The notes beneath the pieces are model-generated. The model saw only the letters and a program-made list of their open reading frames with translations. It was not told the DNA's origin and did not search any database. Source: Pirellula staleyi DSM 6068 (lineage in GTDB: Bacteria > Planctomycetota > Planctomycetia > Pirellulales > Pirellulaceae). Taken from it: 32,000 nt of DNA. Below, piece after piece: positions 8,406 to 17,142 of this stretch. Position 1 is the first letter of the stretch; every line of letters begins with the position of its first letter. Where the stretch lies: contig CP001848.1 of the NCBI GenBank assembly GCA_000025185.1, forward strand, positions 1,020,001 through 1,052,000, given 5' to 3'. The position numbers and the translations under genes were made by a program.

Positions 8406-8662
8406 TTTAAGGTTGTTGCTTGAGTAGGTGGGAGCGGTTTGGGAAGGTGGCCTCTTGTGAACCCAGGTTGCGAGCAACCTGGGGTGAAGTTTTTGGGAGA
8501 GCCAGTTTTCAAGGAGAGAGTTTTCGGTTGGCGGGAGCCTGCTCTCCAGGATTGGCCGGTGGAACCGGCCTTACAAAGCTAGGCCCTAGTCTCTAGTTCC
8601 TAGCGTCAATCCTCTCATCTCCCGCCTCTCGTCTCTGGCCCCTGACCTCCGGCCCCTTCCTC

Positions 8663-10588
8663 CTACTTCTTCACTTCGAACTCGCCTTCGATGACGTCGT
8701 CGTCGCTCTTTTTGGGAGCGGCGGGATCAGCACCTTCGGCACCCTCGGCGGCGGCAGCAGCGCCGCCACGTTCGTAGAGGACCTTGCTGAAGGCGTGCGA
8801 GGCCTGCTCAAGCTGTTCGACAGCCGACTTGATGGCGGCGGTGTCGTTGGTCTTGGCAGTTTCGCGGGTCTTGGCGATCGCCTTCTCGAGCGGCTCTTTG
8901 TCCGCATCGGTCAGTTTCTCGCCATTTTCCTTGATCATCTTTTCAAGCTGCCAGCACATCTGGTCGGCTTGGTTGCGGACCGTGGCCAGTTCGAGTTTTT
9001 CCTTGTCCTCTTCGGCGTGAGCTTCGGCGTCGCGACGCATCCGTTCGATCTCGTCCTTCGACAAGCCCGACGATTGCTCGATACGCACATTGGCGCTCTT
9101 GCCCGAGCCGAGGTCTTTGGCCGAAACGTTGAGGATGCCGTTGGCGTCGATGTCGAATTTCACTTCGATGCGAGGGACACCGCGGGGAGCTGGTGGAATT
9201 CCTTCGAGGTTGAATTCGCCCAGCACGCGGTTGTCGGCCGCCATCTTCCGTTCGCCTTGGTACACCTTCACCGTCACACCGGTTTGGTTGTCGGCAGCGG
9301 TGCTGAATTCCTTCTTCCGTTCAGCGGGAATCGTGGTGTTCTTCTCGACGAGCGCGGTGAGCACACCACCTTCGGTTTCGATGCCGAGGGTGAGTGGGGT
9401 GACGTCGAGCAGCAGCACGTCCTTGCGTTCGCCAGCGAGCACCGAACCTTGAATGGCGGCGCCAATGGCGACCACTTCATCGGGGTTCACACCCTTGTGA
9501 GGCTCTTTGCCAAAGATGTCTTTGACGAGCTTCTGGACCTTTGGAACACGCGTACTGCCACCCACGAGCACCACTTCGTCGATATCCGACGGGCTCATCT
9601 TGGCATCTTTGAGGGCTTGCAGCACCGGCTTACGGCACCGTTCGATGAGACCATCCACCAGCTCTTCAAAACGAGCGCGGGTGATCGTCATTTGCAAGTG
9701 CTTAGGCGAGCCACCAGCCATGGTGATGAACGGCAGGTTGATCTCGGTTTGTGGCAGCGTGCTGAGTTCCTTCTTGGCCCGTTCGCAAGCCTCTTGCAGG
9801 CGCTGCAGTGCCATGGGGTCTTTGCGCAGATCGACCGAGTTCTCTTTTTGGAACTCGCCGGCGACAAAGTGGATCAGGGCTTCATCGAAGTCGTCGCCAC
9901 CGAGGTGCGTATCGCCGTTAGTGCTGATGACTTCAAACACCTTGGTCTCGGCCGAATCGGCGCCAGCCACTTCGAGGATCGAGACGTCGAACGTACCACC
10001 ACCGAGATCGAAGACCACGATCTTTTCGTTCTTCTTCTTGTCGAGGCCGTAGGCCAGAGCGGCAGCGGTTGGTTCGTTGATGATACGAGCCACTTCGAGG
10101 CCGGCGATTTGACCAGCATCTTTGGTCGCTTGGCGCTGGGCGTCGTTGAAGTAGGCCGGGACGGTGATGACCGCCTTGTTCACTTTGTGACCGAGATAGC
10201 TCTCGGCTGTTTCTTTCAGCTTACGAAGCACCTTCGCGCTGATCTCTTGCGGGGTCATCGACTCATCGCCGATGCCGATTTTGACGTAGTCCGACGCGCC
10301 GCCGATCACTTTGTACGGCACCATCTTCTCTTCCGACTGCACTTCTTCGTGACGTCGGCCCATGAATCGCTTCACGGAGTAAACGGTGCGCGTGGGGTTG
10401 GTGACAGCTTGTCGGCGGGCGGGTTCGCCCACGAGAACTTCACCCTTGTCGTTGAAAGCAACGACGCTGGGGGTCAGCCGACTTCCTTCAGCATTGGCGA
10501 TCACTTTGGGTTCGGTTCCCTCCATGATCGACACCACCGAGTTGGTCGTGCCAAGGTCAATTCCGATGATCTTCTCACCTGCGGCCAT
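8663..10588 (-). CDS. dnaK: molecular chaperone DnaK (Hsp70)
   Basis: 641 aa. Motifs [20 protein letters not shown] and [13 protein letters not shown], plus the acidic C-terminal tail. AGGAG lies 10 nt upstream of the ATG. Confidence 0.97.
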   Translation of the reverse strand: MAAGEKIIGIDLGTTNSVVSIMEGTEPKVIANAEGSRLTPSVVAFNDKGEVLVGEPARRQAVTNPTRTVYSVKRFMGRRHEEVQSEEKMVPYKVIGGASDYVKIGIGDESMTPQEISAKVLRKLKETAESYLGHKVNKAVITVPAYFNDAQRQATKDAGQIAGLEVARIINEPTAAALAYGLDKKKNEKIVVFDLGGGTFDVSILEVAGADSAETKVFEVISTNGDTHLGGDDFDEALIHFVAGEFQKENSVDLRKDPMALQRLQEACERAKKELSTLPQTEINLPFITMAGGSPKHLQMTITRARFEELVDGLIERCRKPVLQALKDAKMSPSDIDEVVLVGGSTRVPKVQKLVKDIFGKEPHKGVNPDEVVAIGAAIQGSVLAGERKDVLLLDVTPLTLGIETEGGVLTALVEKNTTIPAERKKEFSTAADNQTGVTVKVYQGERKMAADNRVLGEFNLEGIPPAPRGVPRIEVKFDIDANGILNVSAKDLGSGKSANVRIEQSSGLSKDEIERMRRDAEAHAEEDKEKLELATVRNQADQMCWQLEKMIKENGEKLTDADKEPLEKAIAKTRETAKTNDTAAIKSAVEQLEQASHAFSKVLYERGGAAAAAEGAEGADPAAPKKSDDDVIEGEFEVKK

Positions 10589-10770
10589 GGGGGAAATCTC
10601 CTAAGTGTTGAATGGCGTGCGAGTTAGCTTTTCGTGATCGAGGCCTACAGGCCCGATCGCGGGTCAATGTCGTGAGTTACGCAGCCAAGGTTCTTTGGCG
10701 GGTCTTTGGTCGACTGCGTAAGACCACACTGGTGCGGTTTGACGCCTCGACGTTCGACAGACTCTCTATA

Positions 10771-10788
10771 GGCAACCACCATGCCAAG
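10771..10788 (-). promoter_or_regulatory. sigma-54-like -24/-12 element upstream of dnaK
   Basis: The minus strand reads CTTGGCATGGTGGTTGCC, that is TGGCATG-N4-TTGC with the correct GG..GC spacing. It is very similar to the clpB element (TGGCACGATGGTTGCA versus TGGCATGGTGGTTGCC). It implies a leader of about 170 nt. Confidence 0.5.
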
Positions 10789-10948
10789 CGATATAAATTC
10801 CTGAAAATTGCGCCGTAAGACAATACTGACAATGCGCTTACAACTTAGAAGCTGACAACAAGCAGGGCGAACTCGGAAGCATGAAGCGAGCAATCTGCCA
10901 TTTTGACACGTCGCGCTCGCTACAACCTGAAGTTGACTTCCCCCGGAT

Positions 10949-10961
10949 TGTCAAATTGACA
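10949..10961. promoter_or_regulatory. inverted repeat TGTCAA-A-TTGACA (candidate operator) in the dnaK/pheA divergent region
   Basis: A perfect 6-1-6 palindrome read directly from the sequence. It is embedded in a cluster of TGACA-type motifs (10819-10961). Confidence 0.3.
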
Positions 10962-11078
10962 CTACACTACTGGTCTTTCGTCGGCCCCTGCGCTCCATCT
11001 CCGCTCCTAGGCAACTTGCGGGGGTGAAGATCGGCTGCGGGAATCTGCCGGAAATCCCTCGGGCCCGAGCGCGGCTCG

Positions 11079-11107
11079 TTGACACCGCTCGGGCCGACCA
11101 TTAGAAG
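11079..11107 (+). promoter_or_regulatory. sigma-70-like promoter candidate for pheA
   Basis: TTGACA (11079-11084), a 17-nt spacer, then TAGAAG (11102-11107). The -35 hexamer sits in the loop of a perfect 10-bp inverted repeat GGCCCGAGCG/CGCTCGGGCC (11062-11071 and 11086-11095). Confidence 0.25.
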
Positions 11108-11223
11108 AAACCCCGCAACACGACGGGGTAAACCGTGGTCGACTGCAAGCTTCCAGCCGCAGCCCCCTGTCCTGCCTGCACGTCGACGAGCTCCTCTCCG
11201 TTTCCGCAGCGAAAGTGCGTCTC

Positions 11224-12318
11224 ATGTCGAAAAAACCAGCCGCCAGTTCCTCTCCTGCAGCCGTTCGCAAGGAGCTCGACCGTCTCGATCGCGAGTTGGT
11301 CAAACTGCTGAGCGACCGGGCGCGCACGGCGGTCAAATACGCGCAGTCGCGACAAGCGTCTGGTGGACCGCTGATTGATCTGTCGGACGAAACCGATCAG
11401 CTCGACGCCGCCCTGGCCCTCAGCAAAGGTCCGCTCGACGAACGAGCACTGCGCGGCGTTCTGCGCGAGGTGATCAGCGGCTGTCGTTCGCTCGTGCGTC
11501 CGGTCCACATCGCCTACCTCGGCCCGAAATACAGCTACAGCCACCTCGCTGCCATCGAGCGTTTTGGCGATTCCACCGACCTGACCCCCGCCGCGACGAT
11601 CAAAGCGGTGTTTGAAGCAGTGCATTACGGGCAGGCTGAGTATGGGCTTGTGCCGATCGAGAACAGCACCGATGGGCGGGTGGTCGACACGCTCGACATG
11701 TTCGCCAAGTTGCCCCTCACCATCACCGGGGAAGTGCAGCTCCGAATTCACCATCACTTGCTGGGCAAATGTGCTCGCTCGGAAGTGACCGAGGTCTATA
11801 GCAAGCCTCAGGCCCTGTCGCAGTGTCGCGACTGGCTCGCCAAGAATGTGCCGCAGGCGAAGTTGATCGAAATGACAAGCACCGCTGTTGCCGCGCAGAT
11901 TGCTGCCGACAAGCCGGGAGCTGCTGCCGTGGCGAGCCGCGAAGCAGGTGCCCACTATGGCCTGGCGTCGATCGATGCCGATATCGAGGACAACAAGCAC
12001 AACGTCACCCGGTTTGCGATCATTGGAGGACAGCCTCCCAAGCGAAGCGGCCGCGATAAGACGGCGCTCATGATCGAAATTCCCCACAAGCCAGGCGCGC
12101 TGGCCGATGCGATGGCGGTGTTCAAGCGCGCGCGGCTGAATCTGAGCTGGATCGAATCGTTTCCGATGTCGGGGAGCAAGAACGAGTATTTGTTCTTCAT
12201 CGAATTCGAGGGGCATCAAACCGACGGACGCGTGAAGTCGGCTTTGACATCGCTGGCCAAAAAGACCGCCAAGATGCACATCCTCGGCAGCTTCCCCCGC
12301 CCTCAGCCGCTCGATTAG
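11224..12318 (+). CDS. pheA: bifunctional chorismate mutase / prephenate dehydratase (P-protein) with C-terminal ACT domain
   Basis: N-terminal CM helix region (LDRLDRELVKLLSDRARTAV). PDT region (IAYLGPKYSYSHLAA...VPIENSTDGRV...). TRF motif (NVTRFAIIG). ACT region (ALMIEIPHKPGALADAMAVFKRARLNLSWIESFP). I prefer the ATG at 11224 over the GTG at 11215. Confidence 0.9.
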   Translation: MSKKPAASSSPAAVRKELDRLDRELVKLLSDRARTAVKYAQSRQASGGPLIDLSDETDQLDAALALSKGPLDERALRGVLREVISGCRSLVRPVHIAYLGPKYSYSHLAAIERFGDSTDLTPAATIKAVFEAVHYGQAEYGLVPIENSTDGRVVDTLDMFAKLPLTITGEVQLRIHHHLLGKCARSEVTEVYSKPQALSQCRDWLAKNVPQAKLIEMTSTAVAAQIAADKPGAAAVASREAGAHYGLASIDADIEDNKHNVTRFAIIGGQPPKRSGRDKTALMIEIPHKPGALADAMAVFKRARLNLSWIESFPMSGSKNEYLFFIEFEGHQTDGRVKSALTSLAKKTAKMHILGSFPRPQPLD

Positions 12319-12326
12319 CCAGTGTC

Positions 12327-12364
12327 GCCAGTGCAGCTCGGTTAGGCCAGCGCAGCTCGGTTAG
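12327..12364. repeat. tandem 19-nt duplication (2 copies, 1 mismatch) between convergent pheA and the NIF3-family gene
   Basis: GCCAGTGCAGCTCGGTTAG (12327-12345) is immediately followed by GCCAGCGCAGCTCGGTTAG (12346-12364). The second copy contains the stop codon of the minus-strand gene. Confidence 0.8.
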
Positions 12365-13161
12365 ACGAATGCAATCGGGTCGTGCTCGTGGGTGCTGGCC
12401 CAGATTTCTAGCGAGCGAAATTGCGACTGGAGCTGAGTGGCCAAAGTCTCGAGGGCAAACCGTTCACTGGCATAATGACCGACGAGCACCAGGGCGATGC
12501 CGCGCGCTTCTGCTTCGAGCGCTGTGTGGAAATTCACTTCACCGGTGACGAGCGCATCGCATTTCGCGCGCAGGGCAATCGGTAGAAAATCGCCGGCACT
12601 TCCGCAGGCGATGGCAACTCGCGTGATCGCCTGCGCGAGCTGACCAACATAGGCCACGTGCTCGATTTTGACCGCCCGTTTCACGCGAGTGATGAACTGC
12701 GCGAGCGTTTCGGTGGTGGCGAGTGATCCCGAACGTCCGGCCCCCAGCAGCGGATCGGCAGTTTGAGGAACGAGAGGCTGACTGCTGGTGAGCTCGAGTC
12801 GCGCGGACCACTCGGCGTTGATCCCCTGCTGGGCGGAATCGAGTGCGGTGTGGGGGCTGTAGATCGCCACGCCATGCCGGGCAAGATTCCACAGCAGGCT
12901 GCCGACGGTGTCGTCGGTGGTGATCCGTTTCAGCGCCCGAAAAGGGAGCGGATGATGCGCGATCACCAGATCGGCTTGACGCTCGATCGCTTCTGCAGCG
13001 CTTGCGGGGGTGATGGTGAGGCAGGTCATCACGCGCGCAATGGGCTGCGCGCGATCTCCCATCAAAAGCCCGACGTTATCCCACGACTCGGCCAAACCGG
13101 TGGGGGCCAGCGCTTCGAGGTAGAGGCAGAGATCTTGCAAACTCAGGGGGTGATCGCTCAT
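12361..13161 (-). CDS. NIF3-family (YbgI/GTP cyclohydrolase 1 type 2 homolog) dinuclear-metal-centre protein
   Basis: Starting from the internal ATG (complement 13159-13161) gives MSDHPLSLQDLCLYLEALAPTGLAESWDNVGLLMG...DLVIAHHPLPF...SPHTALD...GHYASERF, the typical NIF3 pattern. The longer track ORF (to 13434) would overlap the upstream gene. Confidence 0.85.
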   Translation of the reverse strand: MSDHPLSLQDLCLYLEALAPTGLAESWDNVGLLMGDRAQPIARVMTCLTITPASAAEAIERQADLVIAHHPLPFRALKRITTDDTVGSLLWNLARHGVAIYSPHTALDSAQQGINAEWSARLELTSSQPLVPQTADPLLGAGRSGSLATTETLAQFITRVKRAVKIEHVAYVGQLAQAITRVAIACGSAGDFLPIALRAKCDALVTGEVNFHTALEAEARGIALVLVGHYASERFALETLATQLQSQFRSLEIWASTHEHDPIAFV

Positions 13162-13268
13162 CGATGTTTCCTGCTCGGCGTTTCCTACTCGGTGTTCCCG
13201 CGCGGAAACGACAAGCGATGATGGTTTGGCCTGCTCGCGCTGTTGATGCGATCCGTAGCGCTTGCACA

Positions 13269-16200
13269 CTAGCGACGCAAGATCGAGGGGATCTCTTTGC
13301 CAGCCCCTTGGAGCTGCTGGACATCGAGCACTTTTCCCCCTTCGACGTCGAGGAAATCGGTTTTGCGCGAGTACATGAACTTCCGCGCTACATTGTAGGC
13401 GGTGCGTAGCCCCGTATCTTCCCGCCACCACCATTCGGCGTCGCTACGGCCACTCCCTTCGACAATCAGCAGCTCTTTTTCCGAGGTGTAACTGATCCGC
13501 CCGGCTCGCGCGGTGAACTGCTTCCCTTCGACAATCACATTGCCACTAGCGAGCAGTTCGATCCAGCTGATCGGAGTGCCGGTGCTCGAGCGAGCGAGCA
13601 TCTCGGTGGTGGTGAGCTCGTCGCTGGTGAGCAGAACGCCGCGATCGCCCAGCTGCTCGACCGATTTGGCATCGAACTGCTGATCCCAGGCTGTGACCGG
13701 GCCGTAGATGGCGCGCACTTTGCGGCTGAACTTCACTTGCCGACGGGCGAACTCTCCATCGATTTGCCCTTCGTAGTCGACGCGAATGAACGCCAGTGGC
13801 GACTTCCCGGCAGGTGCTGGTGGCGGCACAGCAGCCGCTCCCATCGGATCGACCGTGATCGACGATTGCTCGCGCGTGCTGCTGACCCAGCCCGGCCCAT
13901 CGGCGCGGAACTTACCTTCCACCATGTTGGCGGTGACCTTACGCGTGCGGAGCCGTTCGAGCGACGTTTGCTGGCCATACTCGTCGAAGCCATAGTGCTC
14001 GACGTAGACATTGCCATCGAGAGAAAGCTCGCGCAGATCGCCGCTGAATTTATTGGTCGTCAGCTGCTGAAAATCGATCGGCTCGGTGAGGTCGGCGGTG
14101 AGTGTGGCACCAGTAGCGAGAACCACGTTGGTGCGGGCTTCCACCGCGCCGCGCATCGTTACGCGCGTGCCGTCGAAGGTCATATTCTCTTGCCAGGTGA
14201 CATCCACCGGCTCGGGCTTTTCGCTTGCTTCGGCCATCGGATCGACCGGGGCGCCAAGTTTCGACTGAGGCATCGGCATGGTCGCTTTACCGGGACCGTC
14301 GATCCACATGCGTCCCACCGCGCGATCGAAGTGGATCACTCCGCCGACGAGCGAAAGTCCGCGCGCCGAAACCGAGGCGGGACGTCCCATCACTTCGAGC
14401 TTCGCGCGCTCGAGTCCACCGCGCAGCTGCACAGCATCGCCGCGTAGTTTCATCGGCACATCGTCGGGCTTGGCGGTCGCCACTTCATCGAGTTCCACAT
14501 TCCCTTGCAGCGCGAGATCTTCGAGCAGCGGCTCTTCCCCCGCCATGCGCACCTGCGCTTGGACGAGTTCCCCTCGGACCCGGAATTTCTGCAGCACAGC
14601 GCCAGGTGGTGCTGCTCCAGGAACTGGCGGTTCGGGGCCAATGGGTGGCATCCGTCCATCGGCGATCGGTCCACCGTGGGGTGGCGGTGCCACTGTTTTC
14701 GGAAGTGGCACATCTTGCGCAAACCAGCATTCGAGTCGCTTGGTGTGCGCGTCGAGCTGCGGCGAAACGAGTGTCACATTTCCGCTGGCCAAAATGCGGT
14801 CGGGCATCAGCGTGAGCGAGGGGCCAGCTTGTTTTGCTTGAGTAGGAGTTGCTTCGGCCGGAGCCACTTCAAACATCCAAAGATGCAGCTCATCGGACTG
14901 AAACATTCCCATCAGCGGATCTTCGAGACGGGCTCCACCCATTAGCGAGAGCACGTGCTGATTCTCTTGCGGCCGGAGCCGGAGTTCGGTTTGCCAGTAG
15001 GCACAGAGAGCGCGCGGCGGCGTTTGCGGCGCGCGGGGATCGACGATCTCGCGCTTCACGCGGCCAGGACCTTTGGCCCACAGCCGACCGATCTGTCGCG
15101 TCGGGCTCAGTTCGTATTCCACTTGCACGGCGTCGAGTTGATTGCCCAAATGTCGCAGCGTGACCGAGGGTGTACTCCGATCGGGACGAACAGCGACCCG
15201 GCCCGCAGCTGGTAAGTACTCGAGTTCCGCTGCCGTGACGACTGTACCAGTGACTGGTGATTCGAGGATGACCGGCCTGCCACTGGCAAAGAAGCGCTCG
15301 AGTTGCTGCGACATGCTCGACGATTTTTTGGGAGTGGCGCCGGGGCTTGCGGCGGTGTCGGTCGGCTGAAGACCGGCTGCATTTTCTGCGAGTGGTTCGC
15401 GATTCATCGTCGGCGCGGATTCCTCGACAAGTGCACTCGCGACGGGAACCACTTCCGAAAAGTCGAGCAGCAGGAGTTCGCACGTCAGCCGATCTTCGGG
15501 CTCGAGCGGACGAACGCGCACCACTTCCACACGATCGACCAGTTCGATGCGGCGCTCGAGGAAGTCGAAGCGCAGCGGACCTTGGCAGCGGACTTCGAGA
15601 GGTGGATCGGCAGGTTTCTCGGCGGCGCGGCTGGGGTGCTGCGCGATGCCAGTCGAAGGGACGACGCTCGCTGGCTTGGCATCGCTCGGAAAGAGACCAC
15701 CCGAACTTGTTTCCAGATGCAAACGGTCGAGCCGCGCGAGTTCGAGCGACTTGAGTCCCCCAAACGCGGCTTTGGTTCCGGCGGTTCCTTTGGCCGAGGG
15801 CAACAGACGAATCGTCAGGTCGCGGCCTCGTCCAAAACTCTTGCCGTACTGAAATTCCACGTCGTGCGGCGTGAAAGCGCGCTCGTAGTCGATTTGCAAA
15901 TTGCGGGTGGCGATCCGAATGTTGTCGTGAGCGCCGGGGGCTGAAGGGGGACTGAAGATGGTGATATCGCCGTCGAGTCGTCCGCCGAGAAGTTTGCCAA
16001 ACTGGGCCGAAGCGAGATCGAGTGGCTCATCAAACTGCAGCACGGCCCCTTCAGGAACACGCATCACCAGGGGACGTCGCGTCGGCGCTTGTCCCGGTGC
16101 TGCAGGGGCCCCTTCCATGTAGAAGACGAGGGTGCAAGGCTTCAGCTCGAGCCGGCCATCGGACAGGTTCTTATAGTCCTTGATGAGGACGAGCCCATGC

Positions 16201-16451
16201 TCGGTCTCGAGGGTTTTCGGGTTATCGAGTTCCCACGAACCGGGCTCGAAAAGTTTGGCGAGCTCTTGATTGCGGAGACCGATCGCGCTTTCGCTGGGGC
16301 GGGGCCTCTCGATAGGGGGATCGGTCTCTTTGGAAATCACCAGCGGCGGCTCTTCGAGCAGCGGGGCGACACCGAAAGCATAGGCTCCGTAGAGCAATAC
16401 CATGACCGCCCAAGCGGCCCCAAATCGTCGTATTGCGAGGAGAATATGCAT
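13269..16451 (-). CDS. 1060-aa N-terminally membrane-anchored, Pro-rich periplasmic protein with repeated LptA/OstA-like motifs (putative LptC/LptA-like)
   Basis: N-terminal TM segment FGAAWAVMVLLYGAYAFGVAPLL. Four GNV-type strand motifs are present: LASGNVTLVSPQLDAHTKRLECWF, LQGNVELDEV, LDGNVYVEHYG and LASGNVIVEGKQFTARAGRISYTSEKELLIVEGSG. The last one resembles the C-terminal LptA pattern (TGNA..Q......GD.I.Y). It lies directly downstream of kdsD-kdsC. The function is inferred. Confidence 0.8.
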   Translation of the reverse strand: MHILLAIRRFGAAWAVMVLLYGAYAFGVAPLLEEPPLVISKETDPPIERPRPSESAIGLRNQELAKLFEPGSWELDNPKTLETEHGLVLIKDYKNLSDGRLELKPCTLVFYMEGAPAAPGQAPTRRPLVMRVPEGAVLQFDEPLDLASAQFGKLLGGRLDGDITIFSPPSAPGAHDNIRIATRNLQIDYERAFTPHDVEFQYGKSFGRGRDLTIRLLPSAKGTAGTKAAFGGLKSLELARLDRLHLETSSGGLFPSDAKPASVVPSTGIAQHPSRAAEKPADPPLEVRCQGPLRFDFLERRIELVDRVEVVRVRPLEPEDRLTCELLLLDFSEVVPVASALVEESAPTMNREPLAENAAGLQPTDTAASPGATPKKSSSMSQQLERFFASGRPVILESPVTGTVVTAAELEYLPAAGRVAVRPDRSTPSVTLRHLGNQLDAVQVEYELSPTRQIGRLWAKGPGRVKREIVDPRAPQTPPRALCAYWQTELRLRPQENQHVLSLMGGARLEDPLMGMFQSDELHLWMFEVAPAEATPTQAKQAGPSLTLMPDRILASGNVTLVSPQLDAHTKRLECWFAQDVPLPKTVAPPPHGGPIADGRMPPIGPEPPVPGAAPPGAVLQKFRVRGELVQAQVRMAGEEPLLEDLALQGNVELDEVATAKPDDVPMKLRGDAVQLRGGLERAKLEVMGRPASVSARGLSLVGGVIHFDRAVGRMWIDGPGKATMPMPQSKLGAPVDPMAEASEKPEPVDVTWQENMTFDGTRVTMRGAVEARTNVVLATGATLTADLTEPIDFQQLTTNKFSGDLRELSLDGNVYVEHYGFDEYGQQTSLERLRTRKVTANMVEGKFRADGPGWVSSTREQSSITVDPMGAAAVPPPAPAGKSPLAFIRVDYEGQIDGEFARRQVKFSRKVRAIYGPVTAWDQQFDAKSVEQLGDRGVLLTSDELTTTEMLARSSTGTPISWIELLASGNVIVEGKQFTARAGRISYTSEKELLIVEGSGRSDAEWWWREDTGLRTAYNVARKFMYSRKTDFLDVEGGKVLDVQQLQGAGKEIPSILRR

Positions 16452-16509
16452 AAAAATCGATGGCGGCTGTCGCGTGCCAGGTCAGTGGCAACCGGGAATC
16501 TGGGAAGGA

Positions 16510-17031
16510 CTAGCTGTAGTAGGTCTGCAGCAAACCGTCCCAGCGGGACTGGGATTTCAGGATCATTTCAATCGTCTCGCGCACCGCTCCCTGACCACCG
16601 TTGAGTTTGGTGATGTGGGTGGCTGCGGCGCGCACTTCGGGAGCGGCGTCGGCCACGGCCACACCGAGTCCCACAGCGCGAATGACAGGCAGGTCGGTGA
16701 GATCGTCGCCGATGTAGCAGACCTGTTCGGGTGCCAGTTTCAGATCGCGCATGATCTCGAGCGCGATCGGCAATTTGGTTTCGAAACCTTGCCGGACAAT
16801 CGCGATGCCGAGTTCACTGGCGCGGACCTTCACAATATGCGAGGAGCGCGCGGTGAGGATGCCGAACCGAAACCCGGCTTGCTGCCAGAGCTTGATTCCC
16901 ATCCCGTCGCGGATATGGAACTTTTTGATCTCGACCCCTTGGTTGTCGTAGGCAATGCCGCCGTCGGTCAAAACGCCATCGACGTCGGACAGGATCAGTT
17001 CAATGCGTCGGCAAGAGTCGGTCAGTTTCAT
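16510..17031 (-). CDS. kdsC: 3-deoxy-D-manno-octulosonate 8-phosphate phosphatase (HAD family, KdsC)
   Basis: LILSDVDGVLTDGGIAY...FHIRDGMGIKLWQQAGFRFGILTARSS...YIGDDLTDLPVIRAVGLGVAVADA...GGQGAVRE. These are the HAD motifs I-IV in the KdsC arrangement. Confidence 0.85.
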   Translation of the reverse strand: MKLTDSCRRIELILSDVDGVLTDGGIAYDNQGVEIKKFHIRDGMGIKLWQQAGFRFGILTARSSHIVKVRASELGIAIVRQGFETKLPIALEIMRDLKLAPEQVCYIGDDLTDLPVIRAVGLGVAVADAAPEVRAAATHITKLNGGQGAVRETIEMILKSQSRWDGLLQTYYS

Positions 17032-17142
17032 GTTCGTCGGTGATCGGCTGGGCTAGTCAGGGGTGTTCTGGTAACGAAAAAAGCGGGGGGCAACTTCTTG
17101 CGCTGCGAACTGTTTTTCTTCTGGGCACTATGTTCTTTTGCG

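Noticed and set aside
7210-8662. Calling the DUF2726 locus a horizontally acquired low-GC island.
   Set aside because: Only the promoter/5' end and the downstream spacer look AT-rich, and the gene body reaches about 60% G+C in the stretch I counted. No integrase, tRNA or direct repeats flank it. I left it as a weak contextual remark.
8795-10627. A 610-aa ORF on the plus strand, fully antisense to dnaK.
   Set aside because: It is the mirror image of a strongly supported dnaK gene. The translation is low-complexity and Arg/Gly/His/Val-rich. Long stop-free antisense frames are expected in high-GC genes, and the hsp70 antisense frame is a known source of mis-annotation.
10589-10800. A search for CIRCE (HrcA operator) or an E. 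coli-type sigma-32 promoter upstream of dnaK.
   Set aside because: I could find no TTAGCACTC-N9-GAGTGCTAA-like inverted repeat. The CTTGgcA...CctATAgA resemblance to sigma-32 is weaker than the sigma-54 reading of the same bases.
11101-12279. A 392-aa minus-strand ORF antisense to pheA.
   Set aside because: It is a shadow ORF of a clearly recognisable CM/PDT/ACT gene. It has no recognisable motifs.
12327-12364. The possibility that the 19-nt tandem repeat is a CRISPR or other array.
   Set aside because: There are only two directly abutting copies with no spacers. It is a simple tandem duplication.
13162-13434. The N-terminal 91-aa extension of the NIF3-family ORF, as listed in the track (12361..13434).
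   Set aside because: The extension overlaps the 3' end of the 1060-aa gene. The family-typical N-terminus (MSDHPLSLQDL..) begins at the internal ATG at 13161.
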